DNA of 46,020 nucleotides from an uncultured Clostridia bacterium (GTDB lineage Bacteria; Bacillota; Clostridia; Oscillospirales; CAG-272): NCBI GenBank assembly GCA_904502015.1, contig CAJGEA010000002.1, positions 1 to 46,020 of the forward strand, read 5' to 3'. Shown piece by piece: positions 45,038 to 46,020 of this stretch (position 1 is its first letter; each line of letters starts with the position of its first letter). The notes under the pieces were generated by a model. It saw only the letters and a program-made list of their open reading frames with translations, ran no database searches and was not told where the DNA came from. The position numbers and the translations under genes were made by a program.

Positions 45038-46020
45038 ATGCATAAAATCAATACATACGAGAAAAGCCGTGAGGCGTTTGAGCGCGCCGCGCGCGTCATC
45101 CCCTCGGGTATCTACGGCCACCAAGGTCCCGCCGAGGGCTGTTACGTCCCCGTTGAGGCGTTCCCCCTGTTTTCCTCCCGTGCCGAGGGTACCTACCTCT
45201 GGGATCTGGACGGAAACCGCTTCATCGACTATATGTGTGCCTACGGCCCGAATATCCTCGGATACCACGATCCCGACGTGGATGCCGCCGCCGCGCGTCA
45301 ACGCGCCATCTCGGATTGTACCACCCTCCCCAGCACCCTGATGATCGATTTCGCTGACCTGCTGGTGGACACCGTTGCCTCCGCCGATTGGGCGTTTTTT
45401 GCCAAGAACGGTAACGACGTGACCACCTTGGCGATCATGACGGCACGTGCCTACACCCACCGCAAGAAGATCGTGTTCTTCAAGGGCTACTACCACGGCG
45501 TCGCTCCGTGGACGCAGAAGATCGACTACGCGGGCGTGATCGAGGAAGACGTCATGCACAACCTCTACGTCGAGTGGAACAATTTTGAACAACTGGAAGA
45601 AGTGTTCCAAACCTACAAGGGACAGATCGCCGCTGTCATCGCCCAGCCCTATATGCACGGTAATTTCATGGATAATGAAATGCCAGCCGAGGGCTTTTGG
45701 CAGAAGGTGCGCAACCTCTGCACCGATACCGACACCGTGCTGATCGTGGATGACGTCCGCGCGGGCTTCCGTCTGGATCTCGCAGGCTCGGATCACTATT
45801 TCGGCTTTGAAGCAGACCTCATTTGCTTCTGCAAGGCACTCGCTAACGGCTACAACGTCAGCGCGCTGTGCGGCAAGCAGTTCCTCAAGAACACCGTGTC
45901 CTCCATGTCCTATACGGGCTCGTATTGGCTTTCGGCCGTACCCTTTGCGGCAGGCATCGCTTGTATCGAGAAGATGAAGCGCATCGACGCGCCCAAGCTG
46001 CTCATGGAGAAGGGAAGAAA
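45038..46020 (+). CDS. Class-III PLP aminotransferase (glutamate-1-semialdehyde aminomutase-like); 3' end outside the window
   Basis: Absent from the ORF track because no stop falls in the window. My translation from the ATG at 45038 reads MHKINTYEKSREAFERAARVIPSGIYGHQGP...YLWDLDGNRFIDYMCAYGPNILGY...LIVDDVRAGFRL...FCKALANGY, matching the GSA-aminomutase-like family pattern. GGAAAGGAAG RBS. Confidence 0.8.
   Translation, partial: MHKINTYEKSREAFERAARVIPSGIYGHQGPAEGCYVPVEAFPLFSSRAEGTYLWDLDGNRFIDYMCAYGPNILGYHDPDVDAAAARQRAISDCTTLPSTLMIDFADLLVDTVASADWAFFAKNGNDVTTLAIMTARAYTHRKKIVFFKGYYHGVAPWTQKIDYAGVIEEDVMHNLYVEWNNFEQLEEVFQTYKGQIAAVIAQPYMHGNFMDNEMPAEGFWQKVRNLCTDTDTVLIVDDVRAGFRLDLAGSDHYFGFEADLICFCKALANGYNVSALCGKQFLKNTVSSMSYTGSYWLSAVPFAAGIACIEKMKRIDAPKLLMEKGR

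Overview
This 46-kb window looks like GC-rich Firmicutes/Clostridia-type chromosome. That call is an inference from GGAGG ribosome-binding sites, TTGACA-17-TGnTATAAT promoters and gene content. Positions 1-24.9 kb are mostly housekeeping. On the minus strand are two BspA-type LRR surface lipoproteins and a shikimate operon (aroB-aroA-aroC-orphan-aroE/aroK fusion-aroQ). On the plus strand are gdhA, polA and malQ, then radA on the minus strand, then deoD-deoB and two tandem fused ABC ATPase/FtsX-permease genes. The last 2.6 kb holds comFC, a hypothetical gene and a class-III aminotransferase truncated by the window edge. The notable part is a roughly 18-kb block of 12 co-directional genes (25156-43196). 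It has a sigma-A-like promoter at one end, sits between two strong intrinsic terminators, and is visibly lower in GC than its flanks. It encodes: (1) an HD-GYP plus degenerate-EAL protein; (2) seven proteins with SipW-cognate-type signal peptides and TasA/camelysin-like C-terminal strand motifs, one of them a 2014-aa giant carrying LRR_5 adhesin repeats; (3) two SipW-like signal peptidases; and (4) in the middle of the operon, a membrane-anchored McrB-like AAA+ NTPase followed by a McrC-N/DUF2357-like protein whose C-terminal half is a 13 x 30-bp tandem-repeat coiled coil with a polybasic tail. I read this as a candidate undescribed NTPase-associated TasA-like fibre/adhesin assembly system. 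A McrBC-derived module inserted into a fibre operon is the alternative. All family assignments come from motif recognition by eye and no database search was possible. I found no rRNA, tRNA, CRISPR array, integrase or transposase.
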